A stretch of 64,000 nt of DNA, taken from Octopus vulgaris. Lineage: Eukaryota. Of the stretch, positions 14,650-30,058 are shown piece after piece (position 1 is the first letter of the stretch; each line of letters opens with the position of its first letter). The stretch is from the NCBI GenBank assembly GCA_951406725.2, contig OX597835.1, positions 19,902,001 through 19,966,000 of the forward strand, read 5' to 3'. The notes beneath the pieces were generated by a model. The model ran no database searches and was not told the DNA's origin. It saw only the letters and a list, made by a program, of their open reading frames with translations. Both the position numbers and the translations under genes were made by a program.

Positions 14650-14935
14650 GCGTGGCTGATTGGTAAAAAGCTTACTTCCCAACCACATAGTTAAGGGTGC
14701 AGTTCCACTGAATGGCATCTTGGACCCACAAAATATTTGCGAGTGGATTTGGTAGACGGAAAATAAAATAAGCCCGTCGAATAGACGCTCAAACGCAAAT
14801 ATATACATATCTCTCAATTTGATTTGATGAGACTAAGTGTTTGTGTTTGTCCCCTATCCCCGCTTGACCCTTTCAAAGCAATGCTCCAACATCGCCGCAG
14901 TCAAATGACTGAAAAACGTAAATGTAAGAAAAGAA
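14650..14935 (+). mobile_element. SINE family B, internally deleted
   Basis: Head aaccacatag..cagttccactg, gagtggatttggtagacggaaa, and tail gccgcagtcaaatgactgaaa. Confidence 0.75.
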
Positions 14936-15476
14936 TCAGGATATATATGTATATTTCAAATATACAGACGATAATAAAATGGAGGAAAAATTAGCTAAGG
15001 TACGTGCTCAACTTCCTTAGCTAATCAAATAAATTTCCTAGCGCAAAGGACACACTTGTTATTTTACCTCCATTTTCTTATTGTCTATATAAATTTAACC
15101 ATCGTTTACCAGCTAAATTACTTGCTGTCGAATAACTTTTACAAGAGTTATACCTACTAAGGTAATTATCAGGAATGCCTTTAGATATATCTATCCCTTA
15201 GAAGATTTAAACAACTATAACTTATAACTGTATTCCAAATATACATGTATAAAATATCACGGAAACAGCTGTAAGACCTTTTTCGTGATAAATGTTATGA
15301 AATCTATTTAGTGCCTCGGCTGTTTTCATCTCATTCTGTAAATTTATATACGGGAACGCCAATTAATGACCCACGTTACTCGTATCATTATCGCGGCTGG
15401 AGCCTAACCGTGTTCTATCCACAGCACTTAATTTGCATTTAACCGATATATTTTGGGTCGTCCAGACACCAATACC

Positions 15477-15545
<69 letters not shown>

Positions 15546-15660
15546 TATGTGTTCGTATATAAATACATATATATATAATATACATATATAAACATAAATA
15601 TATATATACACACATATATATATATAAAAATATATACATATGTATATATATATACATACA

Positions 15661-15740
<80 letters not shown>

Positions 15741-16036
15741 CGTGTGTTGGTTTGTGTGTCTACGTGAATGATAGTGCCGCTGTGATGTTTATGTGTGCGT
15801 GTAGAAATTTTGTAATTGCTCGTCGAAAAAAAATTCTTTTGTATTTTGTAATATAAATAGCAAACAACAGGATGTTTTCAAAAAAAAGAAAGCGGAAACA
15901 TATTTTCATGTTTACATATATATATATATGATTAAATACACAACGTTCACATAATGCTACCTTCATATACCAACAGGACCCTCTATAAGAGAGACACACA
16001 ATCACGCCAAATCAATGATGTATTTATGTAAGCACG

Positions 16037-16103
<67 letters not shown>

Positions 16104-16116
16104 GTAGTTATATATG

Positions 16117-16160
<44 letters not shown>

Positions 16161-16298
16161 CATATATGTATGTATGCATGTATGTTTGTATATATATATA
16201 TATATATATCACACACACAAACGAACACAAATACACACACCCAGATGTATATATATATATATATATATACATACATGCATACATATATGTATATATAA

Positions 16299-16389
<91 letters not shown>

Positions 16390-17236
16390 CATCTGGGTGT
16401 GTGTATTTGTGTTCGTTTGTGTGTGTGTGTGTGTGTCTCTCTCTCTTTCTGTAGATATAAAACCGCATAGATATACATACAAGTGTATATTTGTTCGGGT
16501 GTGTTCGTAGTCCGTGTTATGATATTGATGTTTGTGTTGGTCTCTTGTTCATATCTTCAGTTCAGCAGATCAAGTCTTTAATGAAGGAGAATTAATTATA
16601 AACGTGCTCACCAACAAAACCTGTTTTCTCTACCGTTTGTTCCAAATACGAATGTGCGATACATGAATAAATACGCATATATCTCCTTGAATATCGAATC
16701 AATGAAAATAGTCAATGCTATCTGCCCACTTCAGCATATATGTGTATCCTCATTGACTTGTGAGTATGTCCGTGTGAGATCGTGTTTCTGACTGTGGCGG
16801 CTGTCGGTGGGTGTGTGATTATATTTCTTTTCTTATTTGAAGTACTTTTGTATTCGTTTTGAATTATATCAGTTTCTGTATGCTCTTCATTATTATAACG
16901 TTAAGGCCAGAACTATTTATAAATACACGTAAATCTAATCGCTGATAATATGTGTATACGTATAAACACACATACATTTATAATTATGTATGTGTTTGTG
17001 AGGGCGCGAGTGTCTGTGTGTGACTGTGAGCATATGTACGCATATTTGCGCACGAATGTGCATTTGTATGTAATCATACTATTATATTATACTCAGCTTA
17101 CATATGCTTTGTATGCATCGTTGTTGACACTAACAATGTGTAGTTTCGTACGCACAGTTGCACGTAGTTATGAGTATCTATTCAATATATATACATGTGT
17201 GAGTGTGCGTGTGAACGTATCTACGTATATAAATAG

Positions 17237-17291
<55 letters not shown>

Positions 17292-17296
17292 CATAT

Positions 17297-17441
<145 letters not shown>

Positions 17442-17559
17442 CATATACGTATATGTACACGTGCCCACAGTTATATATTGATATAGAGAGGTATATGTAC
17501 ATATACGTGTATCTCTGTGTGACATTGTGTGTTTGTATTGGATAGTTGTGTGAATCGAT

Positions 17560-18480
17560 AGAAGTAAACGAAGAAAAGATTTTACCATTGAACAATACTT
17601 GTAGAAATTTGCGTCTGCTGCCAAGAGCCATGAGAGGCCATCTATGTACGAAACGAAGTCTACTAACATCGTCGATCCATTGCCCTCCCCAAACAGCCGC
17701 ACAACGTGTTGCTCAAGAGTTGCCCTACAGATCTGCTCGGAACCAATGTCAAAACCTAATCGTGGATTTTCGTCACGTCTTTACCATCAGACAACTTTAG
17801 TTCCCACGCGTTTCGACGCATGGGGTCTAGCTCTGACACCACAACCCTAGGGTTTCGTTGAGAAGAATTGGCCGAGTGCTAATCTCACGAGAAGCAGGTC
17901 GTTCGTGATTCCTTTATTAATAACCTATTTCTTTATTACCCACAAGGGGTTAAACATAGCGGGGACAAACATGGACAGACATAGGTATTGAGTCGATTAT
18001 ATCGACCCCAGTGCTTAACTGGTACTTAATTTATCGAACCCGAAAGGATGAAAGGCAAAGTCGACCTCGGCGGAATTTGAACTCACAACAGCAGCCGAAA
18101 TACCGCTAAGCATTTCACCCGACGTGCTAACGATTCTTCGACCTCGGCGGAATTTGAACTCAAATAACCGCTTTTAGTTTGCCAATTAGTTGTCCCTCCA
18201 GTCTATGTCATTCTATTGTTAACACTTTGTTAATTCTACCTTAATGGACCGCTTTAGCACGATCCACTGCCGCCTAACAAGTTCACTAATCCGATGCGTC
18301 TAGTCTTTCGGTGCAGGGAAGGACGTATTCAAATTCCAGTAACCGTGTCCCAGTCTAAATGTGCCATATAAATCGACTCTGCATATCAATATTGTGTGGC
18401 CTGTGTAACCGACTAATTTTAATTACGAACAACCTATGTTATATCTGTCCAATGAGCTAAAATATACTATATCTGAATAC
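17560..18480 (-). mobile_element. Highly degenerate Tx1/L1-like LINE relic, interrupted by a SINE
   Basis: Minus strand near 18300-18420 reads LVGYTGHTILICRVDLYGTFRLGHGYWNLNTSF, resembling the APE end motif SDH...GxGYWKLNxSLL; weaker RT-like HWFRADL near 17740. Confidence 0.45.
17926..18165 (-). mobile_element. SINE family A copy with partial duplication
   Basis: tatttctttattacccacaagggg...gtcgacctcggcggaatttgaactca; the latter motif recurs at ~18138-18162. Confidence 0.88.
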
Positions 18481-18680
18481 TGCCATATGAAGAAAATCCA
18501 GTTGAAATCTGATCGAGTTTTCGATGCTTTTACAACCTCTTCTGGTGTGCATTAGCCCCACTAGTACAAAAGTAGTTCCTAAGAGTATTTTTAGAAGCCT
18601 AAATATGCCTGGCCTTACAGCAATAATGATAATGATGATGATGATGATAATAATAATAATAATATATATATATATATATA

Positions 18681-18843
18681 GGCGCAGGAGTGGCTGTGTG
18701 GTAAGTAGCTTGCTAACCAACCACATGGTTCCGGGTTCAGTCCCACTGCGTGGCATCTTGTGTAAGTGTCTTCTGCTATAGCCCCGGGCCGACCAATGCC
18801 TTGTGAGTGATTGGTGGACGGAAACTGAAAGAAGCCTGTCGTA

Positions 18844-18937
<94 letters not shown>

Positions 18938-19166
18938 CGTGTGTGTTTGTGTGTCTGTGTTTGTCCCCCTAACATTACTTGACAACCGATGCTAGTGTGT
19001 TTACGTCCCCGTCACTTAGCGGTTCGGCAAAAGAGACCGATAGAATAAGTACTAGGCTTACAAAGAATAAGTCCCGAGGTCGATTTGATCGACTAAAGGC
19101 GGAGCTACAGCATGGCCGCAGTCAAAATGACTGAAACAAGTAAAAGAGTAAAAGAGTAAAAGAGTA
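18681..19166 (+). mobile_element. SINE family B, full length
   Basis: Head ggcgcaggagtggctgtgtggtaag, B-box-like ggttcagtccc, internal (TA)n(TG)n, tail (taaaagag)n. Confidence 0.92.
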
Positions 19167-19329
19167 TATATATATATATATATAACTTCATATCTTTCAC
19201 GCCATCTAACTATAGGGTAGAGCTTCGTTTCATTTTGCCTCATCTAGTTGCTTATCCGTTTCACCGAGTCGACCTTCTTCCTCTAGTGGCACAGTATTAC
19301 ATGAAGTTACCCAACAATTTTTCAAAAAG

Positions 19330-20220
19330 CGACAAATATAAACTCCCTCCGTTACAATATTAGTTTGAATTCTTAGAGATTTGCTCCCAATTTATATGTG
19401 GATATATGTCTACTAGTCCCTTGCCAAATTCATATGTGATATTTCTTTAGAGGCTTCTCATTCCCAAAAAGCTTTTAGGCTTACTCTTTCTGGAAAGTGA
19501 TTAAAAAAGTATATGTAGCCTATTAGCAAAAATGTGTTCAAATTTATATGATGGCTACAATATGAATCGAAGGGAATCGCAGGTCTAAGGTTACGTTATA
19601 ATCTGCAACATTACGTCGTTAACTATAATGAGCTGTTTTGGAAATACTAACATCTGATCTATACAAAACTTTACACGTTTATAGGATTCTTTAGATATAT
19701 GAATTTTCGGTAACCTATTAAAATTGATTGATTTTGCCTCAAAATAATTTAAATAATTCAAGTGCTTTTCCGGGAAATATCTTTTGAATTTCTGGTAGAT
19801 TTCAAATACTGCTCATTGTTTGTTTGTTGGCGTAGGAGTCTAACTTGTGTTAAAATGGTGGTCATCTAATTGTTCCCAGGTAATTTCGCTGTTATGTTCT
19901 CATTCATTACATCGCTGACTCCTCCTTTGTCATTTTGTTAAATTTCTATAGATCACAATTTCTCTATAGCTTACAAGGCATTGTCTTCACTCATCGTAAT
20001 ATTTTATTTTGTATTATTTACTAGTAAGGTTCATCCCTTTGATCTTTTCGTAAATTCTATATGTTCATTTTAAAATTAAATTAACATCCATTTTTTTGTT
20101 AACAGGAGATGGATCTTGATTAATTTTGTTTTTCAAAATTTTCAAAAACCATTCTTCGATATCATCAATAAAATCTAGTTTTTTTAGGTGCTTGGGATGA
20201 GGTGTTTCCGTTAATAAAAT
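19330..20220 (-). mobile_element. Degenerate Penelope-like element (PLE) reverse transcriptase relic
   Basis: Minus strand, in order: NDKGGVSDVMN, then EKHLNYLNYFEAKSINFNRLPKIHISKE, then LRPA, i.e. the PLE N-terminal RT motifs DKG, FYGLPKIHK and LRPI. Confidence 0.75.
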
Positions 20221-20239
20221 AAACTGTTTTATATTTCGT

Positions 20240-20362
20240 ATAATAATGATGGTGGCAATGATGATGATGATGACGATGATGAGGATGATGATAATGATAA
20301 TAATAATAATAATAATAATAATGATAATGTTAATAATAATAATGATAATAATAATAAAAAGA

Positions 20363-20393
<31 letters not shown>

Positions 20394-20432
20394 TGATAAT
20401 ATAAATAATAATAAAGATAATAATAATAAAAA

Positions 20433-20504
<72 letters not shown>

Positions 20505-20738
20505 TAATAATGAATAAAAATAGACTCGCATCCTTACAAAAGCCTTATCAATTTGAATGTTTGCGCTGTATTGTATTAGAGGGATGTATTTACATAATAC
20601 CCTCCCTAATTCGCCACCCCAAACTTTCACTGATTAAAAAAACATCTCTTAGCCTTCATTTGCCTTCCCTAGGACGCTGAATGTCTTCAGGCAATTGAAT
20701 GCATCAAAAGTGCAAATAACAGAAAAATAAAAACAGTA

Positions 20739-20788
<50 letters not shown>

Positions 20789-20792
20789 AATG

Positions 20793-20891
<99 letters not shown>

Positions 20892-20902
20892 GTAATAATA
20901 AT
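20240..20902. repeat. (AAT)n/(GAT)n microsatellite blocks (20240-20515, 20738-20902)
   Basis: Directly visible. Confidence 0.95.
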
Positions 20903-20904
20903 AT

Positions 20905-21648
20905 GACCATGTTGTCTCCAAATGCAGTCTTCTAGCGCCTACAGAGTACCTCAGTAGGCATGATAGAACTGCACAATATATTCACTGGGTAATTTGCAAA
21001 AACCTGGATTTGCCCCATGAAAAAAACTGGTGGGAACACAATCCACCTCCTGTGCTTGAAAATGACCACATCTCACTCCTCTGGAACTTCACCATTCAAA
21101 CTGACAGGAAGATAGATGCAAATAGGCCAGGCATTATATTGAAAGACTTCAGACAAAGAACATGCCACCTCATTGATATGACTGTCCCAATCGATATAAA
21201 CGTATCTGTCAAGACCTACCAAAAACTGAGCAAATATAAAGATCTTGAAATAGAAATCAGCAAAATGTGGAAGCTGAAGACTAAAACAATACCTGTTGTC
21301 ATAGGTGCCCAGGGAATGATAGCGAAAGGGACTGATTGCTACCTAACTCAGATACCAGGAAACCCCAAAATGGCAGAAATTCAAAAGATAGTGCTCATGG
21401 GAACTGCTCATATCCTACGCAAAATACTCTCTATGTAATCCCAAGGTTTAAAACAAATTATTTTTTTTATTTTTTTTATTTGTTTATTTTTATTTTTTTT
21501 ATGTATTAGACATTCACTAGTACAACACCAAAAAAGGACCCCCCCCCCCAAATATATGGCACAGAACTTCCAACCTGTTGTCTCTTGATGTCTCTGGGTG
21601 AGACTTGGAGCCAACTTGTACAGATATAAAGCAAAAGTAAAACATAGA
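20905..21648 (+). mobile_element. 5'-truncated R4/Dong-clade LINE: end of zinc knuckle, restriction-like endonuclease (RLE) domain and 3' UTR
   Basis: Open frame 20905-21438: DHVVSKCSLLAPTEYLSRHD...LLWNFTIQTDRKIDANRPGII...LIDMTVP...KLSKYKDL...IPVVIGAQG...GTAHILRKILSM. Flanked on both sides by (TAA)n. The usual RPD reads RPG. Confidence 0.93.
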
Positions 21649-21674
21649 ATAATAATAATAATAATAATAATAAT

Positions 21675-22170
21675 TGCTATGCCCAGGATACAGTATTATT
21701 CTTAACGTCTTGTGTATTCCTTTCAAACTGTCCATGCATTCTCATTTTAAGGACGTATGGTATGACAGTACTTATCTTTTGTGTGACGTTATTTATGTTC
21801 CTATCTACCCATCTCATATTCTTGGGGATTTTTTTTCTTTTGGAGCATTCATCAAGTCGGTGAGTCTTCGTATTTCAAAGCAATGCATTATCTAGTTGGT
21901 TCATTTCCCTTGCATGCCCACCCACTACAGTATCAGGTTTTACTTTATAACGTTCCTGCTCCTCATCCTTAACAGCACCAGCGTCATTCCCCTGTTCCTA
22001 TTGTCTATTGTTCTCCTTGCTTCCAGCTCCTACCTCTCTGCCTTCAACTCTGACCATCGCTTGTAGCTCATCCGCAGAGTCTCTTAGACTCTCATTAATC
22101 CTAGATATTTCTACTCCCGTTACGTAACCCTTCTTCCAAATCACTCTCACTTGGTTCATTAGTTTATTTT
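21675..22170 (-). mobile_element. Second, older R4/Dong relic: N-terminal region fused by deletion to post-RT motif
   Basis: Minus strand: KLMNQVRVIWKKGYVTGVEISRI...RWVDRNINNVTQKISTVIPYV joined to KMRMHGQFERNTQDVKNNTVSWA* (MHGQF motif). Confidence 0.65.
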
Positions 22171-22186
22171 ATAATAGTTAGCACAT

Positions 22187-22576
22187 GTCGCAGGAGTGGC
22201 TGTGTGGTAATTAGCTTGCTAACCAACCACATAGTTCAGGGTTGAGTCCCACTGCGTGGCATCGTGGGCAAGTGTCTTCTGCTATAGCCCCGGGCCGACC
22301 AAAGCCTTGTGAGTGGATTTGGTAGACGGAAACTGAAAGAAGCCTGTCGTATATATGTATATATATATGTGTGTGTGTTTGTCCCCCTAGCATTGCTTGA
22401 CAACCGATGCTGGTGTGTTTATGTCCCCGTTACTTAGCGGTTCGGCAAAAGAGACGGATGGAATAAGTACTGGGCTTACAAAAAGAATAAGTCCCGGGGT
22501 CGAGTTGCTCGACTAAAGGCGGTGCTCCAGCATGGCCGCAGTCAAATGACTGAAACAAGTAAAAGAGTAAAGAGTA
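22187..22576 (+). mobile_element. SINE family B, full length
   Basis: Near-identical to 18681-19166 with a short internal microsatellite. Confidence 0.92.
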
Positions 22577-22826
22577 TGTCATTTTCCATCCAGAATTTTG
22601 AGGTTCGTCGGCCAAATCCGCGATTTCTTTCCAGCTTTGCTCTCTCATGACGTTCCTTTCTCCATTTACGTCTGATTTTGCGCACACCGTCTAAGTGATC
22701 TGTTATGACATAACGACCGTCCAAGGCCAGATCACTGCCCTGATGCATGCGGTTTCAGACGTGCCGGGCTGAAAACCTTCACCGTTATTATTATTATTAC
22801 AATATGTATGCATATATATATATAGC

Positions 22827-22925
<99 letters not shown>

Positions 22926-23184
22926 TTTATTTTAAGTATGTATGTATGTATTTATGTGTGTATGTGCATGTAAGTACGATACAGAATATTTTATGAGCAA
23001 CCACGGGGCTTTCTGATATATTTTTAAATATATTGATTTAAATAGTTTTAATGGAACAAACTGTATACATAGATGTATCTATCAGTCTATCTACTTCTCT
23101 CCACATTCCTGGCTGTTTTTTCTCTCCCCCTTCTTTTTATCTCTTTCTCATTCTCTCTCTCACGCTCACTCTTTCTCACCTGAG

Positions 23185-23233
<49 letters not shown>

Positions 23234-23278
23234 AATATGTATAATTATATATATATATACGTATATACCTAAATATAC

Positions 23279-23342
<64 letters not shown>

Positions 23343-23393
23343 GCGTAACCATGCATATATATGTATATATAAATATATATATATGTATGTTGT

Positions 23394-23441
<48 letters not shown>

Positions 23442-23512
23442 GTATATATATAGATACAAATATATATAGATACATAACAATCTACATATCTACCTATATA
23501 TATATATATATA

Positions 23513-23582
<70 letters not shown>

Positions 23583-24229
23583 CATATATTTATAAATATA
23601 ATTTCAGAGGTACATATTTATCAGCTACACATGCTATTCAATTTTATCCACACACTTACTTTCTGCACAACTACTTCAGCATATCACTCTATTTATATAA
23701 GAGTGGCTTGCAAAGCAACAATAATGAACAACAACAACATCACCAAGAACAACACCCTCAAAAGAGCATCTCTATCAATAACAATAGCAAAAGCAGTCAT
23801 ATTACAATATATTTACATATTAGCATGGAAAAAACAAACAACTGTAAGAGCAAAAACAACATTTGATTATCGAAGCATAACTACACAGTAGAGCGCGCAC
23901 ATTTAACTCAAGTTATATAAGCAGTTCCTGTACGATGCTATACTGTACAATATCTAACTAACATTGAATAGTTGCCCTGTTGTTGTTGTTGTCGCTTTGC
24001 AAAAAGAGCGTTATTGTTTGTATATTTAACAGCATAAATATTCAAAGACATCCGCTGTTGTTATTGTTCTTGTTGTTGTTGTTCACGATATTCCTTTACA
24101 CATTTGTTTTTCTTTTAATCGGGTAGTTTGAGAATGGAAGAATCAGATAGAAAAAAGTTGCAGCATGCTTCGGGATATACCAACGTGTCCGGTATAATTT
24201 TCACCACATTACAAACGATATACTAAGCA

Positions 24230-25465
<1,236 letters not shown>

Positions 25466-26639
25466 TCTTTTCATTTACTTGCCGCAAAGGGGAAGGATGA
25501 GGGACACAATACAAACAGACATAAAGTGTGATGTTTACATATAATAATGAAATGATTTTAAAAGATGTATACACCGTGTACACTGGAAACAAAGGGATGT
25601 ATATGAATAGCATACAAAGGTAAAAGAAAAAGGTGGGGATTGACAGAGATGTGACCCTGCTGCTACAGGAACGCCTCTAGGGATACTTGTGATACACCTC
25701 TGTCCGAGGTTTCCTTGAAACCCTAAATGCAAGTGCCCTCTAAGTTTCCTTATCTCCGACTCACAGCTCTACATCAGCGAACTCCATTTAGTTTAGTACA
25801 GCACAATTTCTCTGGGTAGCAGACACTATATATATATTTTGCTCAGTGTAATCAAACATTACATAAGAATACCAAAAAATCCTGAGAAAAGAAATATAAA
25901 TACAACGAACATGTAAATGATTCGCAATTTAACAAGTATTTAAATAGCGCTATTCTAAAGGGTATGTCTACAATATATTTGATAGTACATTTCTTAACCT
26001 GAAAATGGAATGTTTTCGATTCCTCTCAAAATTTATATGTTTATAGTCAGTGAGAATATTGCTTCAAATATATGCAACAGGAAAATCATATACGCTCAAA
26101 AATGTATAAAGGATATAAACTAATGCAAAACCACCGAAATAAAATTTATTTTGCCTGAAGCAAACGCAGGACATAATGCTATCACCTCACCTACTGCTTC
26201 TTCGCTTCTAGTTATCCACTTGTGCGACACGAACATACATAATCATATACACATACATAAACACACACGCACGAACACACATGCGCTCGCATACACAGGT
26301 CCACACACACACATATATATATATAGTCTATATATGTTGTCTATGTGCATGAGATTGCCTAATGCATGAGGTGATCATATTAACCGGGCAGTGTAACGTT
26401 AGTGATCATGACAAGAGAATGTCTTGTTGTCTGAAAAACATGCCAACGTAAAGTTTTAAAATGCTTAGCATTTACTAAGTCAGATCATTGCGAAAAATCT
26501 ATACGATACTACAACAAGAATGCAAATATCATATATGCCTATGCATACATATATACTTATATATATATACACATACATATATATATATATATACATATAT
26601 TTGTATGTATGTATGTATGTATGTATGTATGTATGTATG

Positions 26640-26700
<61 letters not shown>

Positions 26701-26702
<2 letters not shown>

Positions 26703-26787
26703 CCTGAGCGTCCAATAATACTATACTTGTTCCTCGTCCTCGCGTTGTTGTGTTTTCTCTTGGTGTTTTCATGTTTAGATTAACTAT
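26701..26787 (+). mobile_element. 3' tail fragment of the HHR-bearing repeat at 31708-31868
   Basis: ttcctgagcgtccaataatact...cctcgcgttg...ttt.gattaacta is the reverse complement of ~31708-31790. Confidence 0.75.
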
Positions 26788-27104
26788 ATATACATATATA
26801 TATGTGTGCGTGTGTGTCTATGTGTCTGGGAGTATAAATATACATGCACGTATACATATATATATATATGTATGTACAAACGAATATTGTACTTGTACAT
26901 GGATTCATATACATATAGTCATATATATATATATATATATATATATTTTACATATACACGTAGAAAATATGAGAAATTGAAAGATGTGCGCATGCGTATC
27001 TTCCCTGCAAAAAAACCAACTGCATTTACTCAGGAAGAGTGACAGCATATATGTCCTACTTTTAAATATAGTGTGTATTTATTTGTCTACATGTAAGATG
27101 AAGT

Positions 27105-27140
<36 letters not shown>

Positions 27141-27324
27141 CGTGCGTTTGCTCTTGTGTACACGAACATGACTGTGAGTGCCTTCGTGTTTGAGTTTGGA
27201 GATATTTGCATATGTATTAAACCCTATATGTGCGCATGTGTTGCTACGTTAGTGTAATACCCCTCTGGTTCAATCAATACCCAAGTGTGAGTTTGTATTA
27301 TTTCCTTAGGTGACATGTACGATG

Positions 27325-27394
<70 letters not shown>

Positions 27395-27396
27395 GC

Positions 27397-27456
<60 letters not shown>

Positions 27457-28270
27457 TTGTGTGTATACATGTATACATATATACATATACTTGCATATAC
27501 ATATTTGTATGTATGTATGTGTGTGTATATATATATGTATTATGTACGTATGTATCTGTGTATGTACATATTTTTGTCTAGGATGCTTATGCATGATATA
27601 ACATCATTTGGTATTCTATGATATGGAATGAGATGAGATCATATAGAATGATGGTGTCTCTAACATATGGTATCATATGCATTATTAAACGTGTTATCTT
27701 TACTTTTGCTTTTACGCAAAATAGAATAACTTAAGATCTATATGACATTATTCTGCATGATATCCTATAATCTTTTATTCTTTGAATTCTTTTTCTGTTT
27801 TCATTCCTTGCCTTGCAGCCATGCTATTACTGATCCCTGGGGAGGTCGTCGGATCATATCGCATCCCGTTCTCATGCGAACGTTCGCAGTTCTTGCAACT
27901 GTTATATTTTGAACACCCAATGTTCAGACAACTGTAAGCATTCGCTAAACATGTGTACGTCACTGTCAGAGTCGACGATGGGTTTCCAGGCCTTCGACCA
28001 GCTTCTGTTATGCTGCCGATGAAGCTTGCTATATTCAAATGATGAAACATATAAATATACATAAATAAACAATATCTGCATCAGTAAATATTACAGGCAG
28101 GTCAACTTGTTTGTTCCTCATCGCTTTGTCACACAAAATCCTTCAAACTTTTTAACCACACTGTTAATAATATATTCCTAAATATTGTCTACGAGTCCTT
28201 GTTAAAGTTCCACTAGCATGCCAGTAACTTGACACTAAAAATCGTAGGGTCTTCACCCGAAGGATATATC

Positions 28271-28411
28271 TATTTCTTTACTACCCACAAGGGGCTAAAC
28301 ACAGAGGGGACAAACAAGGACAGACAAAGGGATTAAGTCGATTACATCGACTCCAGTGCGTAACTGGTACTTAATTTATCGACCCCGAAAGGATGAAAGG
28401 CAAAGTCGACC
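28271..28411 (-). mobile_element. 5'-truncated SINE family A with 6-bp TSD
   Basis: tatatc at 28265-28270 and 28412-28417. Confidence 0.88.
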
Positions 28412-28936
28412 TATATCGGGATACGTTTATAGCTCCACGTAGTTGTTGAAGAAACCCCTCGCACATCATCTAGATTGATTACGAAAATGGTTATACGGTA
28501 GTTCTATATTAAGATAAAAGCGTAGATACTGTGCAATCTCCTAACCAATAGTTTAAATGCAATGCAATTTTCATATATTATAAGCGTAGATTCAAATATT
28601 ATCGGTAAGTGTATATTATGAAGAAGCACGCTGTGCCAACAGTGCTGTTATATCTGGTGGAGTGTCTCGTTGAACCGAGTGAAATTCATGAGCGACAGAA
28701 CAATGAATATATGACATCTAATGAGCTAATCTTCTGGTACATTGCTAAAGATGCACATTCAATCGCTCCTCATTCTTAAGAACATGATAGTAGTATGTTT
28801 ACTCTCCGTCTGACAGAGATTAAACATACTATTATCATGTTCCTAAGAATGAAATCAACCACTCTGTCTATATATATCTACCCTCTTTATAATGTTGGCA
28901 AATGAGATATGGATAAGAATGTGCATTACCTGTTTG

Positions 28937-29014
28937 ATTGGAAAATTCTATAAGTGGCTGAAGATTGCTCGACATTTTAAAACTGATGTAATACATAATA
29001 AAACACATTGTACC
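28937..29014 (+). mobile_element. Partial copy of the 39145-39426 hammerhead element
   Basis: ttggaaaattctataagtggCTGAAGAttgctcgacattttaaaactg matches ~39288-39335; the GAAA half is deleted or degraded. Confidence 0.8.
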
Positions 29015-29303
29015 GAACGCGAGGGAATGCAACTCTCGAAGCAAGCCTATTAAAACTAGATTCAGCTGCATATCATATGATTTCATAATTAGTACACAAA
29101 ATGCATCTTTTCAATCGTCAATGCAAGCATAATCTAGACACATAAAAATGAACGTAAAATCAACATACCAGACGATCACCAAATGTATCCAGCATAGTAC
29201 ATAGAATTGTTCACACATATGGAAAAGGCGAGCTTTTCGTATTGCGTCTCGATACACGTGTTCATTCACATGTTTATATTTGCCACATTTTATGGACACA
29301 AAA

Positions 29304-29339
<36 letters not shown>

Positions 29340-29527
29340 AAACTGACCACTTCCTAAACCCACATTTTCACACCTACACATACACACACGCACACGTGAA
29401 GATCACGCATATACAAAATCTCTCATACACACTCACGCGCCTCTTCATTTGGGGATCCCCACTACTTTATCATCTCCCCTTCTCCCTAACACTCCTGTGT
29501 GATCCTTCTGTCCGACATTCACCAAGA

Positions 29528-29719
29528 TTGATCGCTAGCCACTACACATTCATTAATCTCTCTCTTTGTTTCTTTCTGTACTGATTTCTGTGGAAGGGCG
29601 TAGCCTCGAAACGTTTAATATTTTTTTACATCCCGGGGCATTATACTTATGCATCTGTTTGTTGTCTACACCACCCATCCTCGTCTTTTGTTTTATTTGT
29701 GAATTCTTCCAATATAAAA

Positions 29720-29722
<3 letters not shown>
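29528..29722 (+). mobile_element. Short PLE-type repeat with degenerate hammerhead-like motif (29584-29620)
   Basis: Collinear with 54862-55042 (gatcg.tagccactacac...ctgtggaagggcgtagcctcgaaacgt...cgtcttttgtt). Confidence 0.7.
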
Positions 29723-29787
<65 letters not shown>

Positions 29788-29946
29788 GTGTATATGTGTG
29801 TGTGAGTATGTATGTATATATCTATACTAATGATTATGCAATAAATGCTTATATATGTATATATATATATATATATGTACATATATATCGATATATATTG
29901 ATATATGTATCTATCTCTCTCTCTCTCTATATATATATATATGCAT

Positions 29947-29982
<36 letters not shown>

Positions 29983-30006
29983 TGATATATAGAGAATTAA
30001 AATACA

Positions 30007-30058
<52 letters not shown>

